In this document: positions 29,335 through 42,900 of the stretch, one piece after another
How positions within the stretch are numbered: the stretch's first letter is position 1
How the letters are laid out: each line of letters starts with the position of its first letter
Source: Saccostrea cucullata
Taxonomy: Eukaryota
Length of the DNA stretch: 64,000 nt
Reading direction: 5' to 3'
Assembly (NCBI RefSeq): GCF_032062105.1
Contig: NW_026932584.1
Coordinates: 1 to 64,000 of the forward strand
Translations under genes and position numbers: made by a program
The notes under the pieces: model-generated
What the model was told of the DNA's origin: nothing
Databases searched by the model: none
What the model saw: the letters and a program-made list of their open reading frames with translations, nothing else

Positions 29335-29545
29335 ATTTCATCAACTTGTTTGTCAATAATTTACCTGGTTTTATAAATTGTTCATACGTAGAGCATGATC
29401 TTGCGGATCGAATCAACTGAGAGATATTAACCTCGTATGAAGGTGATGAAGGTATATTGCTGCATAAGTAAGGGAAGTTGACTACTGAAAGTTAGTTATC
29501 TCGTTTGTTATAAAGCTTGGTTGTTTGATTACCATTTTCGTCTTT
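29335..29545 (-). mobile_element. Penelope-like RT fragment
   Basis: Reverse complement encodes ...VNFPYLCSNIPSSPSY.V.ISQLIRSAR.CSTY.QF. Confidence 0.8.
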
Positions 29546-30811
29546 TTCAAGTAAAATATCTAAATATGAAACTGATGTGTCATACTCTGTGATATTTTTT
29601 TTTTATTTCTAGCTATATGGAATATATCGTATCAACATAAGAATGGAAATAACCATTGGTAATTGACAATACGCCGTCGATATATCTAAATTTACATATG
29701 ATTATTAGTGTTTTTAATCTAGGTCCTACTAGTATTTAACAAACATCCCCAAAATAAAATCTTGGATCTACATATATGCGATGTTGAGCGTGATATTGGA
29801 ATCGTTGATCAGCCCCCCCCCCTCCCCCGCTATCGCATGCTTCTTGATACATGTACGGTCTTAAGTTTTAGACTGTACTTAAGTCCTACATAAGTTTGGT
29901 CTTAGACTTAAGCATCCTTCATGTTACGGCCTCCAGGTTTCAAACCTCTTGAAAATACACAGGGCTGTTTTTTTTGCCCTCTTCATATATTTATATTGTT
30001 CATAAATTTTCTTGAGATGGATCACAGTTCGCTTCCTTCACCTTTTTGAAAGGAATAAACAACTTTCAAGAAAAAAAAATCTATTTTTTCTCTCAAACAA
30101 AAGCCTGGGACATAACATACATAAATGTTTAAGGATAGCAATGTAAAGTAGACTCTGACTTTTAGCCACCATGCCTTCGATGTTATGGTTTAGTTGGGGT
30201 CACACATTTTTACAAATTAATAATGAGTATTTGGTAAACCATTAGTAGAAAAGAAGGACACACAATAGCCATTTTAATTGACAACCATCCTCCGAAGTGT
30301 AAGGACGCTCAAGTTTTCCCGTGAGAGATGAACAAAGGTACAAATAGAGAAATTCTTCCATTGCTTTAAGAGGACAGCAGGGCTAACATAATACTCACAA
30401 AGGCAAAAAGCTATCTTGATGTAGTGGGATTCAAGTTTGGTCATTTCTTAATGGCATTGAGGCGTCATGAGATGGATTAAAAGTGTAAATTCTTTTATAA
30501 AGAAACAGATTCATTGTATGCTTTAAAATCTTTTATTAAGAAACAAAGCCAGTGTCTACATTGCTTTTATTTCATGCTCTATAGACGCAAAAAGATAAAC
30601 CCAAGGATAACATAACTCAGTGTATTCATCTTACTCAATTGTAGAGATAGATCTAGAGTGAAAATTCACCAAAGGCTGATTGTACAAGTAAATTCAATTC
30701 TTCTCATCGTACATTGCTGATCTCGATAGCAAATCTTCGGCATTACTCAGAAAGTCCCTTGATTATAGGCCATATAAAAAAAACAGTTCATCGCCTTACG
30801 ACTATCCTTTT

Positions 30812-31643
30812 TACGAAAGCCCAGAAGGCTCATTCGAGATTCGAGGTTCGAAATACGAGATTCGAAATTCGAGATTCGAAATTCGAGTTTCGAGATTCAA
30901 GATCCAAATTAACCAATCAAAAGGCAGGGTAAACTTTGATTACTCCCCTTTATTATGTTTTACTATCAAGAAATCGTTGAATATATTCATATCAAATGGG
31001 TCATTTGCTTAAATGATAATGCAAGAAAAAAAGATATATGTATTAAAACGAAATGAAAAGGAATTTTACATTTTGGAAAATATATATACATTCTTATTTT
31101 TCCTCATTAAACAAAACAATAGATACGTATATAGAATATTATATGGTCTTATCGTTGAATTGCAGAATTCTTCGGTTGACTTTTTTTTAATAAGAACATT
31201 GATGAGGGAGAAAATTATCATTTTCGGAAAAAAGGGGGGATGCATGTACTGTTAATCTAAGTTTACTATTATGTCAACAACCCTGTATCCAAAGTAGATA
31301 ACACGAAATATATATATTCTTTATATAAATATCTTATGACATTTAAGAAGCTATTATAAATTAATTTTTTGCATATCTTGCAGAGCAAAATCCAATATTT
31401 CTTTAAATTTCGTTTTGATAATATATAACACTTTTTCTTGCGTTGTAATTTAATAAAATGACCTCCTCGGTATTAAAATAATCAACGATTTCTAAATAGT
31501 AAAAAATAATAAAGGAGAGTAATTGAATCTCAAACCGCCTTTTGATTGGTTATTTTGGATCTTGAATCTCGAAACTCGAATTTCGAATCTCGAATTTCGA
31601 ATCTCGTATTTCGAATCTCGAATGAGCCTTCTGGGCTTTCGTA
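30812..31643. mobile_element. IS3EU-like fold-back MITE (832 bp)
   Basis: TIR TACGAAAGCCCAGAAGGCTCATTCGAGA... extending more than 100 bp with 7-bp TTCGA(G/A)A repeats; 6-bp TSD CCTTTT (30806 and 31644). TAY..RTA ends plus a 6-bp TSD fit IS3EU. Confidence 0.88.
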
Positions 31644-32750
31644 CCTTTTTGATCAAAATATTTCATTTGCGTTATTTTTTTTGGCATAAACGAAGAGAAG
31701 AAATCATTTTGATTTATTGACTGCATATACTTTTTTTGGTGTAAATAAAAGAATATATCAAAGGTTATACAGTGTAAATTTGTGTGTAATACAGATATTG
31801 TAAAACCCAGGGAAAATTTATTTCAAACATTTTTTAAAATGATATGGTCTTTAAAACCAACCTTGCTTGATAGTGCATAATGGCACTTATCTAAAATGTG
31901 ATGAAAAAATTTATTATCTATTACTTGATGAATAAAAAATCTCAAATACATAATTTACCAAAGTGTTCAAATTATTTAAGGAATAACTGTCTTATTTTTC
32001 GAATTCATGAAGTGATCAATGGATTGGCTTGTGTGATAATTTGCATAAAGAAGGCGTTTATGCATAAAATTACACACAAGCCTATCCATTGATCATTCAT
32101 GAATTCGAAAAATCTGACAGTTATTCCTTATATTTACATGCTTTGATTCCGCCAATCCACGGGCTCCAAGCCTGCTTCTCTCTAGGTGTTGTCCCGCCCT
32201 GTACGTGGTTTTTTTTTTTGGAACCGCGCCAAAACATTCATGAGGAAATCAATTACATTTACAATTGGTAATTTTATCTCGGACAAAGACATTGGAAATG
32301 TAAATATTTATATATAGAGTTTATAAGACTGTATTTGGATTTGAGATGTAATTGCATGTTACACTGTACCTGTTAATGTCATGAATGTATATATGCATAG
32401 GTTTTCAAATTTTAAAGACCAAGAGCTATTCTGTAGGGTTATTTATTATTCATTATAGTTGAAAAAACCATTTATATTTATTTGTCATTCAAATACAACT
32501 AATTACTCACCAAAAGCATTAGTTTTCCAGATTTTCACACTTTTCCCCAATGGTTTGAAATGGTACTTTAATTAGTTTGAAACACTTTTCTCTCAAACAA
32601 CATGTTGTTGTCAAAATCTCTTAGAAAAGAGTTATACAGTAAAACACGCTTATAGTGAACACGCTTATAATAAATATAGTACGTTGATAGCAAAGTAATT
32701 TTCATTCCCCTCGACTTTAAAATATATTAAACAATCATCGGATATATTAT

Positions 32751-33037
32751 ATAAGAAGATTATTTTCGTAATTTTCATTGGCTGAAAGGACGTCACTAAT
32801 TTAAGAAGCGTGTTTTAATCATTGTGACGTAATGACAGCCACGTCTGTTTAGTTAGGACTGTGTCAGTGCATTCACTTTGAGTGATTTAAGAAATTAATG
32901 TAATATTTTTTCCTTTGATCGATGTATCATTCAAAGATAAAAAATTGGACGGAAAACTTCATTGATGAAAAAGTCTTTCGTCCAAATTTTTTCTTTGATA
33001 CATCGATCAAAGGAAAAAATATAACATTCATTTCTTA
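32751..33037. mobile_element. Long-hairpin element, opposite orientation to the one at 19281
   Basis: Body with ATTGGCTGA and GACGTCA, then hairpin 32888-33037 (TAAGAAAT...TTTTTCCTTTGATCGATGTATCA / TGATACATCGATCAAAGGAAAAA...ATTTCTTA). Confidence 0.7.
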
Positions 33038-33849
33038 TCATTTAATACATCACAACAACGTTAACGTTGCTGAAATTCAAAATGGCTGTAACGAAAAAAC
33101 GTTCTCAAATAGTGTTGTGTCATTACTAACATTCTCTGAGATAATTTAGTTCTTTAACACAAAAAAACGTACCCGTTGTGTTATCACAATGGCTATATTT
33201 TCCTCGGTAAGTTATATCTTAGTTCGTAAGTGTAAAGGGAAGCTACTCAAATATCCTAACAGTTCTAGGTCACAGAAATTTTGGATTTCATTTGCGCATC
33301 TTTTCATCTGAATTTCAAACCGAACATATAAATACGTATTATCACAATCTGTCAATGCTGTAAAACCTGAAAGAATCTGCTGCCGACTATTTAAGATTAA
33401 AAGAATATATATATCGTTCTCATTCACATTGTCGTTTTTCTCGATCATTCGTTTTAACAGATTAGCGGTTTTCCCCGCTTTGGTAGCATAAAAAACATTT
33501 CTTCACAGTTCTATTGTTCATACCAGATATCTCAAAGTCAAACATTTAACAAAAGTATGCCGATTCTTTTCCTTCTTTCCCAAAACTGTATTGTTGTTAT
33601 GCAGACGATTTGATTTGTTTAGCAAAGGGGGATAATTAAAAAAAGAAACGAAAGAGATAATATTAAGTCAGGAACGTAACGGACAGGTTTCGAAATTCAG
33701 GAAAATATTTATTAAAATAAAAGTATTTAATTATTCCTTCAAAAAGTAATCTGGAAGCGGGAATATACATGTAAAGATTGACAAAGTAGTCCCGACTGCT
33801 TAGTGCAAGCGAGCTCTAGATTCTATTGATGCAGTTATCAAAAGAATTT

Positions 33850-34634
33850 TTTATCCAATCAGAATCAAGTATTTTATAGAAATTAAATTTTGATTATATA
33901 ATATAACTATTATGGACTTCAGTGAACGGTCAATATGTGGTTATAAGGACTCATGGCAATTGATATTGACCGAAGACACAGAAAGTGAAAGCGACCGAGT
34001 CTGCGAGGTCGCTATCATTTTCTATGTCTTCGGTCAATATCAATTGCCATGAGTTCTTATGCCCTGTTCACACGGAGAGTTTAATTCGCAGTAAATTAAT
34101 GCGAAGTAAACTAATGCGAATCAAACTAATGCGAATTAAATTGCGTTCACACGACAGCTAATGCGAAGTAAACTAATGCGAATTAAAATTCTACTTCTGC
34201 AGCCCGGCGTCAGCACGGCTATTATGACGTCATTTGCAAATCACGTCACCTTCTGCAGAAGCCGATCCATTTGACATAATGTCACAGTGTACATTTTAAT
34301 GATTAACAAAATTTTCCTTAGCTTTTCACTCAAAAATAGCACAAGTACCTATAGCTGACTATCGACAAGTGGTATTTGACTAAATTTTGACATTACGCAT
34401 GCGTCAGAATTTAATTCGAATTAGCTTCGCTTAGCGTTCACACGGAGCTAATGCGAAGTAATTTAATGCGCAGTAAACTAATTCGAATTAAACTAATTCG
34501 CATTAAATTCTCCGTGTGAACGCTAAGCGAAGCTAATTCGCAGTAACTTTACGTTTAATTTGAATTAAACTCTCCGTGTGAACAGGGCATTATAACCACA
34601 TATCGACCTACACTGAAGTCCATAATTGTATAAT
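33850..34634. mobile_element. Long-hairpin element split by the Harbinger-type MITE
   Basis: Left arm ~33905-34000 pairs with 34005-34059 plus 34593-34634. Removing the MITE and one TTA restores the arm. CCAATCAGA lies just upstream. Confidence 0.8.
34060..34589. mobile_element. PIF/Harbinger-type MITE (530 bp)
   Basis: TIR TGCCCTGTTCACACGGAGAGTTTAATTC, TTA TSD (34057 and 34590), 15-bp subterminal repeats TAATGCGAA(G/T)TAAAC. Confidence 0.92.
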
Positions 34635-37600
34635 ATCGAATTACGCTTTTAAAATTATTATGAAGTAAAATTGTAGGTTCCTGGCATTTTGTAATAAACG
34701 TGTTTAACTGTTCATATTTTAAGTTCATGGTGGCTTTGTTCCTAATGATAATTTTGAAGAGGGAAGCATTCAATTAAAACTAGAATGCAAAATGTGCTTG
34801 CCTTATCAAAAAATTTGAAGGTCCGTGTTTGCTCTGCTCCAAATATGTATTGTTTAATGGGCTTTTGAGCTTGAATACTGTGTTATCCCCAAATATTTCA
34901 TTATTTAGTTTCTTTTGTATTTGCATACTTTCCCTGCTGTCGTTGATTTACAACTTTATTATTGTTTTCTTAAAAAAAACAAAGCTCGGATTCACAAGAA
35001 GAATGAAAAGATGTAGGTCTATAAATATTAACACTTAAGAAATTCCTATCTTGAAAAGTACGAATAAATTGTTTCGTCAATTTTTTATTTGTATAATATT
35101 GGTTGGGTCATTATTTCCACCCTAAATTGTCTACGTTTTTTTTTCGTTTCCTCGATCAGGACAAGAAGCATAAGGTGGGTGTGACGAACGACACACTTAC
35201 TCCTTCCTGGCACCTAAACCCATCTCTGTTGCTTTAAGAGGTCTGTGTTTGCTCTACTCCGAATTTGTATTTGTATGTCAATGGACATTTAGGTATAATT
35301 ACTGTTCGTTTTCATTTTATTTCATGGATAATTATAATTTTTCAAACGCAGCAAATTATCTGGTCCAATCTCAAAGACAAATTCAGTCAACAAATCTACA
35401 TGCAATGTGTAAGCGATTTTTATCACTTTCATGTAACTGGAAATTACCATTTTACCATTTACCAATACTAATTCAACACCTTGTTTGCAAATAAACCAAT
35501 TGCGCATGCGTGTTATGCTTACCAAAATCAGTATATTCACCTTGGGAGGGCAGAATGAATTGATTTACCTGAAACGCAGACTTTAATGAAGTCGTAACAA
35601 GATAAGCTCATCGTGGGGTTGTGTGCAAGATTAAGTATTGTCATCAAATTCCTGTTCTCATTAGTGATGTCGTCTGTTATAACAGCACTGCTTGTCGTCT
35701 GCTTCAATACGTATAACAAAAACCATTGATCTTCCTGCTGTTTTCCTTACTTATTATTTCAACACCTGCCAGCGGGAAGATATCATAATCTACAATAAAA
35801 ATGGAAATGAATTGACTTTTACTCGAAAGTCACAATATTTTTCCTTTATCCGGGTGATTCTTCTTTGCGACGGTTTAATTATAATCTGGCCCCGAGAGAA
35901 AAGATTTAATGAAAGTACTATTGCAAAAACTATTTTTTGACATTGAATGAAGTCAGTGTCGGAGCACAAGGCTAAGTTCATTATATTGCGAGGATAACGG
36001 TAGACACATTGTCTTATTTTTGGGTTCATTAATTTCAAAATGCAAAGGACGTATCTGTTTCTTTGGAGATTCAGCCTCTTTCATCTCTATTACGGTAATG
36101 CGAAATTACGCAATCGGACCCATAAAGTGTCGCTCATTAAACTTGTAAACCGAAAGTACACCAGAAAGCATTTTACAGTTGTATCGATAGAATCATTAAG
36201 GCATTAAAGATTAGTGAACATGGATTCCTGACAGGAAAGCTTGTGTATGTTGTTAGTTTCTTCCATTAAAGTTTAGATGACAGACAATAGAACCCCTTGG
36301 CATTTCACTATCAGTATATTGATAGGCTTCCTTGACAGTGAAGTACAATTATTCACTTTGTAGGTCACGCTCAGCAGTTGTAGGTCGTCAGTGTTCGATC
36401 GAACTTTCTTGATTGTAAGTGTTGGAAATTATATACATTGTTCTTTGAAGTTTATTTGCAGGATTTACACGGAAAACGTTTTTAAAACTGACGATAAAAT
36501 GGATTGCCAAGAGATTTTATTGTTTCCATTAATAACTGCATCAAACAAGTTATCTGTTTACTTTATGCTCAACAAGGTTGTTAAAATTGCTCATTTTTGT
36601 ATGAAGGCTATCAAGATAATCCCTTTCCATGCAAAATACGTATAATATACAAAGTTACAACGTTATTGGCAACATTTATCAACTGGAACTCTTTGGCACT
36701 GTTCTCATTGCAAAATAAAATGAGACAAAAAAAGCTAAGAGAGATTGAACACCATGATACTGTAACCTGAAGCATTAGTTGTTTGAACCTGATATAATGA
36801 AACCATTTTGAATAAAATTTTTTATAAAATAATTGTCTTTTTGATCATTAACTTTTAAAAACTCATAAAATGATAATCTTTTTCATCTTTAAATTTCTCA
36901 ACTTGTTTTGTCCACTTGCTTCGAAGTGTTGGAAGTGATGATCGCTGTATATCCTGGTTTTAGTGGAATTATCATTGTAATTAGACCGATCTGTATGTAT
37001 GGATTAAGTTAGGTGCTGTAGATTCCCATTTTCATGCGAGTACTTGATATCGCGAAATAGCCCTTGGAATAAAATGGCGAGGACAAAACTTCGCTAGTGG
37101 GAGGTTGATAAATATATTCTACATGTCGACTCAATAAAAGTAAAAGCAAATCGTTTTTTCGCAATTGGTGTTTCTCGCGAAATAAGATCATGGTTTATTT
37201 CTCTTGAACATCGATAACCTTAGCCACGAATTTTTATCCTCAGAAACCTTATCTACTAGAATGTCAATGTATTGGTTCATCGTCCACGAATCTACGTAAT
37301 AACCTTCACAAAAGAATTTTGGCTGAGCATCAACATTGGCCCTCTTTGAATTTAACTGATTCCTCAGTATTATTTACCTACTGATATTCAGATCAGTAAT
37401 GACTGATTTTTGACTTCACCTTTTATTTTCCCTTTTCAAAGGAATTAAATGAAGGGGAAAACATCCTGGAAGGAAAACTTGGCAAAGGTTGGTCAAGGTG
37501 AAAAGGGAAGGGGTTAAGGGTAGGATTTTTGCCGTTCCTTCCCTATACAACGTAATATGGGCTTTGAAATGGTCAATTTTTATCCTTTTATTAACTGTTT

Positions 37601-38519
37601 AGCTAAATATTTATATTGCAATAGAGCTTCTGTACATTTTCTAGGTGTGAAAGTAAACCGTCGATTGTAAAAGTTAGCGCCTCTCGTAAAAGTCCTTCTG
37701 TAGCAAATTAAATGTGGCAGTGTTTCAGGACCTTGAAACCTTGAAAACAAAATGAATCATGCTTTCAATTAAAGACAAGGGTTTCTTACTTACACCAACT
37801 TTTTATTAGTTGTGAACGAACGAGAAAGGTTGAGGACCCATAGTTACGTACCGCGCGATATATAACAGAAAGTTGAACATTCCATTAATCATGTACTATT
37901 TGTAATATTCTCTGTGAATTACACTCTTCTATACGCGATCTCTAAATATATAACAAGTAGGCCATAGTGGTATCAGAAATGCCAATACATTCCAAGAAAT
38001 TTACACACTATCTCTTTTTATTTGATTGAATATGAATGACAACCCGTAGTAGAACCGAGGGGGGTTTAGATATTAGTCTCGCCATGATTGACAACACTTT
38101 AATAGCCAAAAAGCAGAACGTATTGATTTACCGGAAAAGGGATTTATATCATCTAGAATATGCAAGTATAATGTCACTTAGAAGATTGATTACGGCATTA
38201 TTCCGATAAATAAAATTTGACTTTTATCATTGCGACGGGACACATAAAGAAAGGATGGGAGAATCTATGATAGCTGTTATGCCTGGTCATCTTGAAGTGA
38301 TCTTCGCGTAACGACAGAAAAATAAAGTTGTACAAATATCGACAGTTGATATTCTTCTTCAAGAGAAATACACCATTTTCTTTTTTGAAGGATATTCATA
38401 AAGTGATAGAAATAAATTGGTTCGCCTTGATTTGTTATTAAACTAGGTACAGTCTTGCAATAGAATAAATGTTTAAAAGATAAGAATTCAAATCAAAAGA
38501 GAGATTTTCATATTCCTCA

Positions 38520-39725
38520 ACCATTTAGTGTATACATGTGACAAGACCTTTCTTTGAGTGCAAACAAATTCAACTATTGGAGTCGACATTTGATTTGACC
38601 TAGTTTTGCCAACAATTTAGCAAGCTTAAACATTGGCCATAATTTTTTGTTTGGTGCTAGGGTTTTATTTTTCAAATAAGTATTTCAGGTGCTTCTATTG
38701 GTACCGATATTTTATCCTTCGACCCTGCACTTTGATTTTAACCTACAATTGAAATAATAACCTTGGTAATATAATAAACAGTGATTGCTAGCACGTTAGC
38801 ACTTGTTTATATATGAGACAAGCCTTTCAATGGGTACAAACATTTTTTTTTCTCATATATCTTGACCTTGGATTTTGACCCTAATTTCATTTTTTTTTTT
38901 ACCTATAACCTTTAAACGATTGATTATAGGGTTCGTCTATTTCATTTATGGATTTCTTGTGGCAAATCTATTAGGCATCATTTTGGTATTTGCTGGCAAA
39001 AAGTGAAATCACCTATTTGAATAGGTGATATCACTTATTCGAATAGGTGATATCATCTATTCGAATTGGTGATATCACCTATTGGAAATGAATAGGTGAT
39101 ATCACCTATTTAAATAAGTGATATCACCTATTCAATTTGAATTGGTGATATCACCAATTCGAATAGGTGATATCACTTATTTGAATTTCTTACAACAATA
39201 AATAATGAATGCTCCCTATGATATATAGATTCAAATCAAATAGGTGATATCACTTATTCGAATAGGTGATATCACCAATTGAATAGGTGATATCACCTAT
39301 TCGAATAGATGATATCACTTATTTGATTTTCTTACAACAATAAATAATGAATGCTCCCTATGATATATAGATTCAAATCAAATAGGTGATATCACCTATT
39401 CGAATAGGTGATATCACTTATTCGAATAGGTGATATCACTAATTGAATAGGTGATATCACTTATTCGAATAGATGGTATCACTTTTTGGAAATACCAAAA
39501 CGGCGCGCCATACAAATCTTTAACATTTCTTTTTCCTTATGACTTGCCTTGGAGTATGAAATTCTTTTTGAAAATCATTAATCTCAGAATATTTGCTGAA
39601 TGGTTGTATCAATAATATGGTATATCACATATTTGTGAAAAAAAAATCTGTTTTAAGTATCAATATTTTAAAAATATTTTTGAACTCATGACCTTTGGGT
39701 TTGAAACACTTTGGAAAACTTAAAA
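38520..39725. repeat. Degenerate HINE-like tandem array interrupted by a MITE
   Basis: Recurrent GACAAG(A)CCTTTC, TTGACCTTG and TTTGACC motifs. The unit resumes (caaatc|tttaac) after the insertion at 38969-39512. Confidence 0.5.
38969..39512. mobile_element. IS3EU-like MITE filled with palindromic ~22-bp repeats
   Basis: 6-bp TSD CAAATC (38963 and 39513), TAT...ATA termini sharing TTTTGGTATTT, interior of AATAGGTGATATCACCTATT units, internal 142-bp duplication. Confidence 0.8.
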
Positions 39726-39958
39726 GACATGACTGTTTCTTCGGCAGTGGTACAAATAGATTATATATTTGAAAACATGCTTTAAAAATAGAAAGAAAAC
39801 TAACTTAGAATGAAAAATGATATTAAAATATGAATACCTCTCTGTTATGTGTATGTTATTTCCTAGAAAAAATGATTCCAACACCCTAAAGATTTTTGCG
39901 AATCTTGGAGATTTACTTAACGAATTTTATATAAAAATCTTACATTAACAGAAATATC

Positions 39959-40230
39959 GTCGCCCGTGTGGCGTAGTGGTTAGAGCATCTGCTCTAGAGT
40001 CGAGAAGAAAGGAGTCACTACTTACATGTACCACGTGGGTTCGAATCCCAGTGTGGGCCTTGGAGACTAGTCCTTCGGATGAGATGCTGGCACGAAAAAG
40101 ATCCCTCCCTGCTCAAGAGCCCTGAGTGTCGAGTATAGGAAGTTTGCAGCTCTCCACCGGAAAGTGGTGGCGTCTCCACGTAAGTGAAAAATTCTCGAGA
40201 AGGACGTTAAACAATATATAATCAATCAAT
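39959..40230 (+). mobile_element. tRNA-derived SINE with Deu-like core
   Basis: A box TGGCGTAGTGG, B box GGTTCGAATCC, core TTCGGATGAGA...AAAGATCCC, (AATC)n tail, 16-bp TSD CATTAACAGAAATATC (39943 and 40231). Confidence 0.93.
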
Positions 40231-41964
40231 CATTAACAGAAATATCAAAGATAAAAGAGAGAAGAGGGTTAAGTTTTTTTATTTCCTTATTTATCAAACC
40301 ACAGACATCTTTCTTATCTTATTCATCGACTTGCTTTGCCCTTGTAATTCAATATGAAAACAAAAGATCATGTAGTGCATGTATTAGTAAAATTTTGAAA
40401 TTGCTAAAAACTGTATTTTAGTTAAACTCTTTAGCTTGCAATAAAGGGTATATTTAGCTTGTAAACGTAAGAAAGAAATATTTTATTTGCATATAAGCGT
40501 AAAAACAACCATTTAAGTTTTGAAGTACATGTATTTTAATTAAAAACCTTAACATTAAAAAATACTTCAGCCAGAAATGGAAGCGTTGCGCGTACCGAAT
40601 TGAAAACGCATTTATATTTATTAAATCAAAATCAAATACACATCGCTGTACATTACACCCCTGAAGACCTTCATATATTTTGTATAGTGCTCCTTATTTT
40701 ACGCTCCGAGTGTTGAGAAAGATAAAGATCGTTTATTTCAATCAATAGACGATTTCCTCACTCTATGACCAAGTATCATAAAAAGTATTAGTATTTTTGC
40801 TCTTTCTGGGATCACATATTTTTTCTTTTAATGCAATGGCTGAATTCCAATATCACTTAGAATGATAATATGAAGTGTATACTTAATAACCAAAAAAAAA
40901 AAAAAAAAAATGAAAAGGCATTTTTCTTAACAGCAAAGAAAATTGTTTTACGGTTCTAGTAAGCGGAAATGACAATATTTTTATAAAATTCAATATGGTA
41001 AATAATACGAACTAACATCTGATTTGCACATTGACACCATTTTAAGTCTTAATGCAAGTAAATTTTTGAAAAAAAAGTCCTTGCGATCTGCAAGAAATTA
41101 AAAACCATTGACATACTGAAAAGACACAGCTTGTATAAATTTCCTATATCTTGCACAGAAAAAAATGTTTGGATCCATATATACAACGATACGTGTATTT
41201 TTACTGACTACCGAAATGTTGAACAAAAAAGGTTTCGAAGGCCGATGGTTTTTTTTAATATCTTAGCAGAACCTTTATGGGCAATTTAGTTAACCATATT
41301 CATTTTGTAATATTTCTGCAATTTTTTTTTCAGTATTAAATGGAAGCAATGAATATCATAAAAGATAAAATTAGGCATTTCAAGGACCAGCATGAAGGAT
41401 ATCAATGTCTTCTGTGAAAAATCGAAATAGAATCATTATAAAACGTTTCAAGTTAACTTCACTCTTCTGACTGTACTATCCTTAAAAATGTAAACCAATG
41501 TATGTAATCTTCTTTTGAACCTTGTTTGGACGAAATCTATTAATATTTGTCTTCAAAACAAAAACATTATTAACGAGCAGGACAGTAGGGTTAAATTATA
41601 GAGTACATTTGCAGATTGTTTGCAATTTTCATTAAATTATTGACTGTAAACGCTGAAGACTTTAACGATAAGAGTCTAGACTGAAATTGATTTTCAGAAA
41701 GCAATCTATGCCTATGCTTTAGGGTGTGTCGATTTGACAAGCAACGATCTTATAGTAGAAAGTTATTAATATCCAACTTGGCGTACAAAAAATGTTTTTT
41801 CTAGCTCTAATATGCTCATAAGGGAAAAAGCTCTTTGGTGTTTTGAGTATGTGAGAATACATACATTGAAGTACATGACAAGTCCGTTTTTTGCATAAAT
41901 TATCAAGTATGTAATCCAGGTAATTAAACCAATTGTTAGGCCATTGTTTTTGTATTTTTGGGAC

Positions 41965-42900
41965 CACGGGATACTCCGTTTTCTTGATCAATTTAATTCA
42001 CAGAGTGGGTGTAACTGGTCAGTAAGGGATCCGTACACCTCCCGTGTACCTGATCCCATCTCTGGAATATCCAGGGGTCCGTGTTTATGCTCTGTCCAAA
42101 GATTTGTATTGTTTGAATTTTTTTAAGATCAATTGCTGTTCGTTTTCATCTCCATTTTTCATTAACAGGCCCGGTTCAACATTCTTATGAAGCAGAATTT
42201 ATTCAAACGCTTCTATACATAAAAAGAATTCTCTTTCTATGGTTTCAACATTTAGATCTATCGACGCCGTTTCATCATTCTCATTCCTATGCATGTTGAT
42301 TCGATAATTAACACAGTATTTGAAATGAAAGTCTCCCGAATCCCTTTCACAATTGCGTGCTTTACTATAGAAAAACATTGATGGCCAGATTTCAGCAATT
42401 CTCTATGACGTGATGACTTCATATTTTTATTGTAAACTTCAGGTTTTCATGTAGCAATATATCCTTATGGTGTTCTATGTACGACCAATGGATTTTCAAA
42501 CCAAAGCAAGCTACTGACAAAGAAGTTGATTATACAAAGATATCAACAATTTAGTTTAAGTAAACATTTTGCGAATTCTGCAGAGGATGCAATCTCCTAG
42601 TTTATAAGTACAGCATGTCGTCAATTTGAACGTACATTTACTATTTAAAAAAACAATTGTTAAGCAACTATTCTGCATTCTGCATTAACATTGAGTAATT
42701 TATGAAAGACATTAATTATCCATTTATTCGATTTAAAGAAGAGGCCCACGGCTGGTGAAACAGGTAAACAAAGGATTTACACTCCTCTAAGGCACCTTAT
42801 CTCACCTATCATAATTCAAAGTGCCAGTGATTTCCCTGCATTCAATTTGTATTGTTTAATTGAAGTTTGAGCATTGTTTATGTTTTCTAATTCTACTTTT
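41965..42900 (+). mobile_element. Two tandem Penelope-like 3' remnants
   Basis: 3' motif at ~42005-42110 (gtacctgatcccatctctgg) and again at ~42745-42860, the second preceded by degenerate RT sequence from ~42410. Confidence 0.7.

Noticed and set aside
30830-30900. Heat-shock elements in the TTCGAAA/TTCGAGA repeats
   Set aside because: Spacing does not match nGAAnnTTCn; these are MITE subterminal repeats.
32637-32750. Complete pogo/Tc1 MITE starting TA|CAGTAAAACACGC
   Set aside because: Only one end found; no matching right TIR, so it is not listed as a defined element.
39000-39485. CRISPR-like array of palindromic repeats
   Set aside because: No unique spacers, no cas genes, eukaryotic context; it is the interior of a TSD-flanked MITE.
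39959-40057. tRNA gene
   Set aside because: Has A and B boxes but no proper cloverleaf; it continues into a SINE body, tail and TSD.
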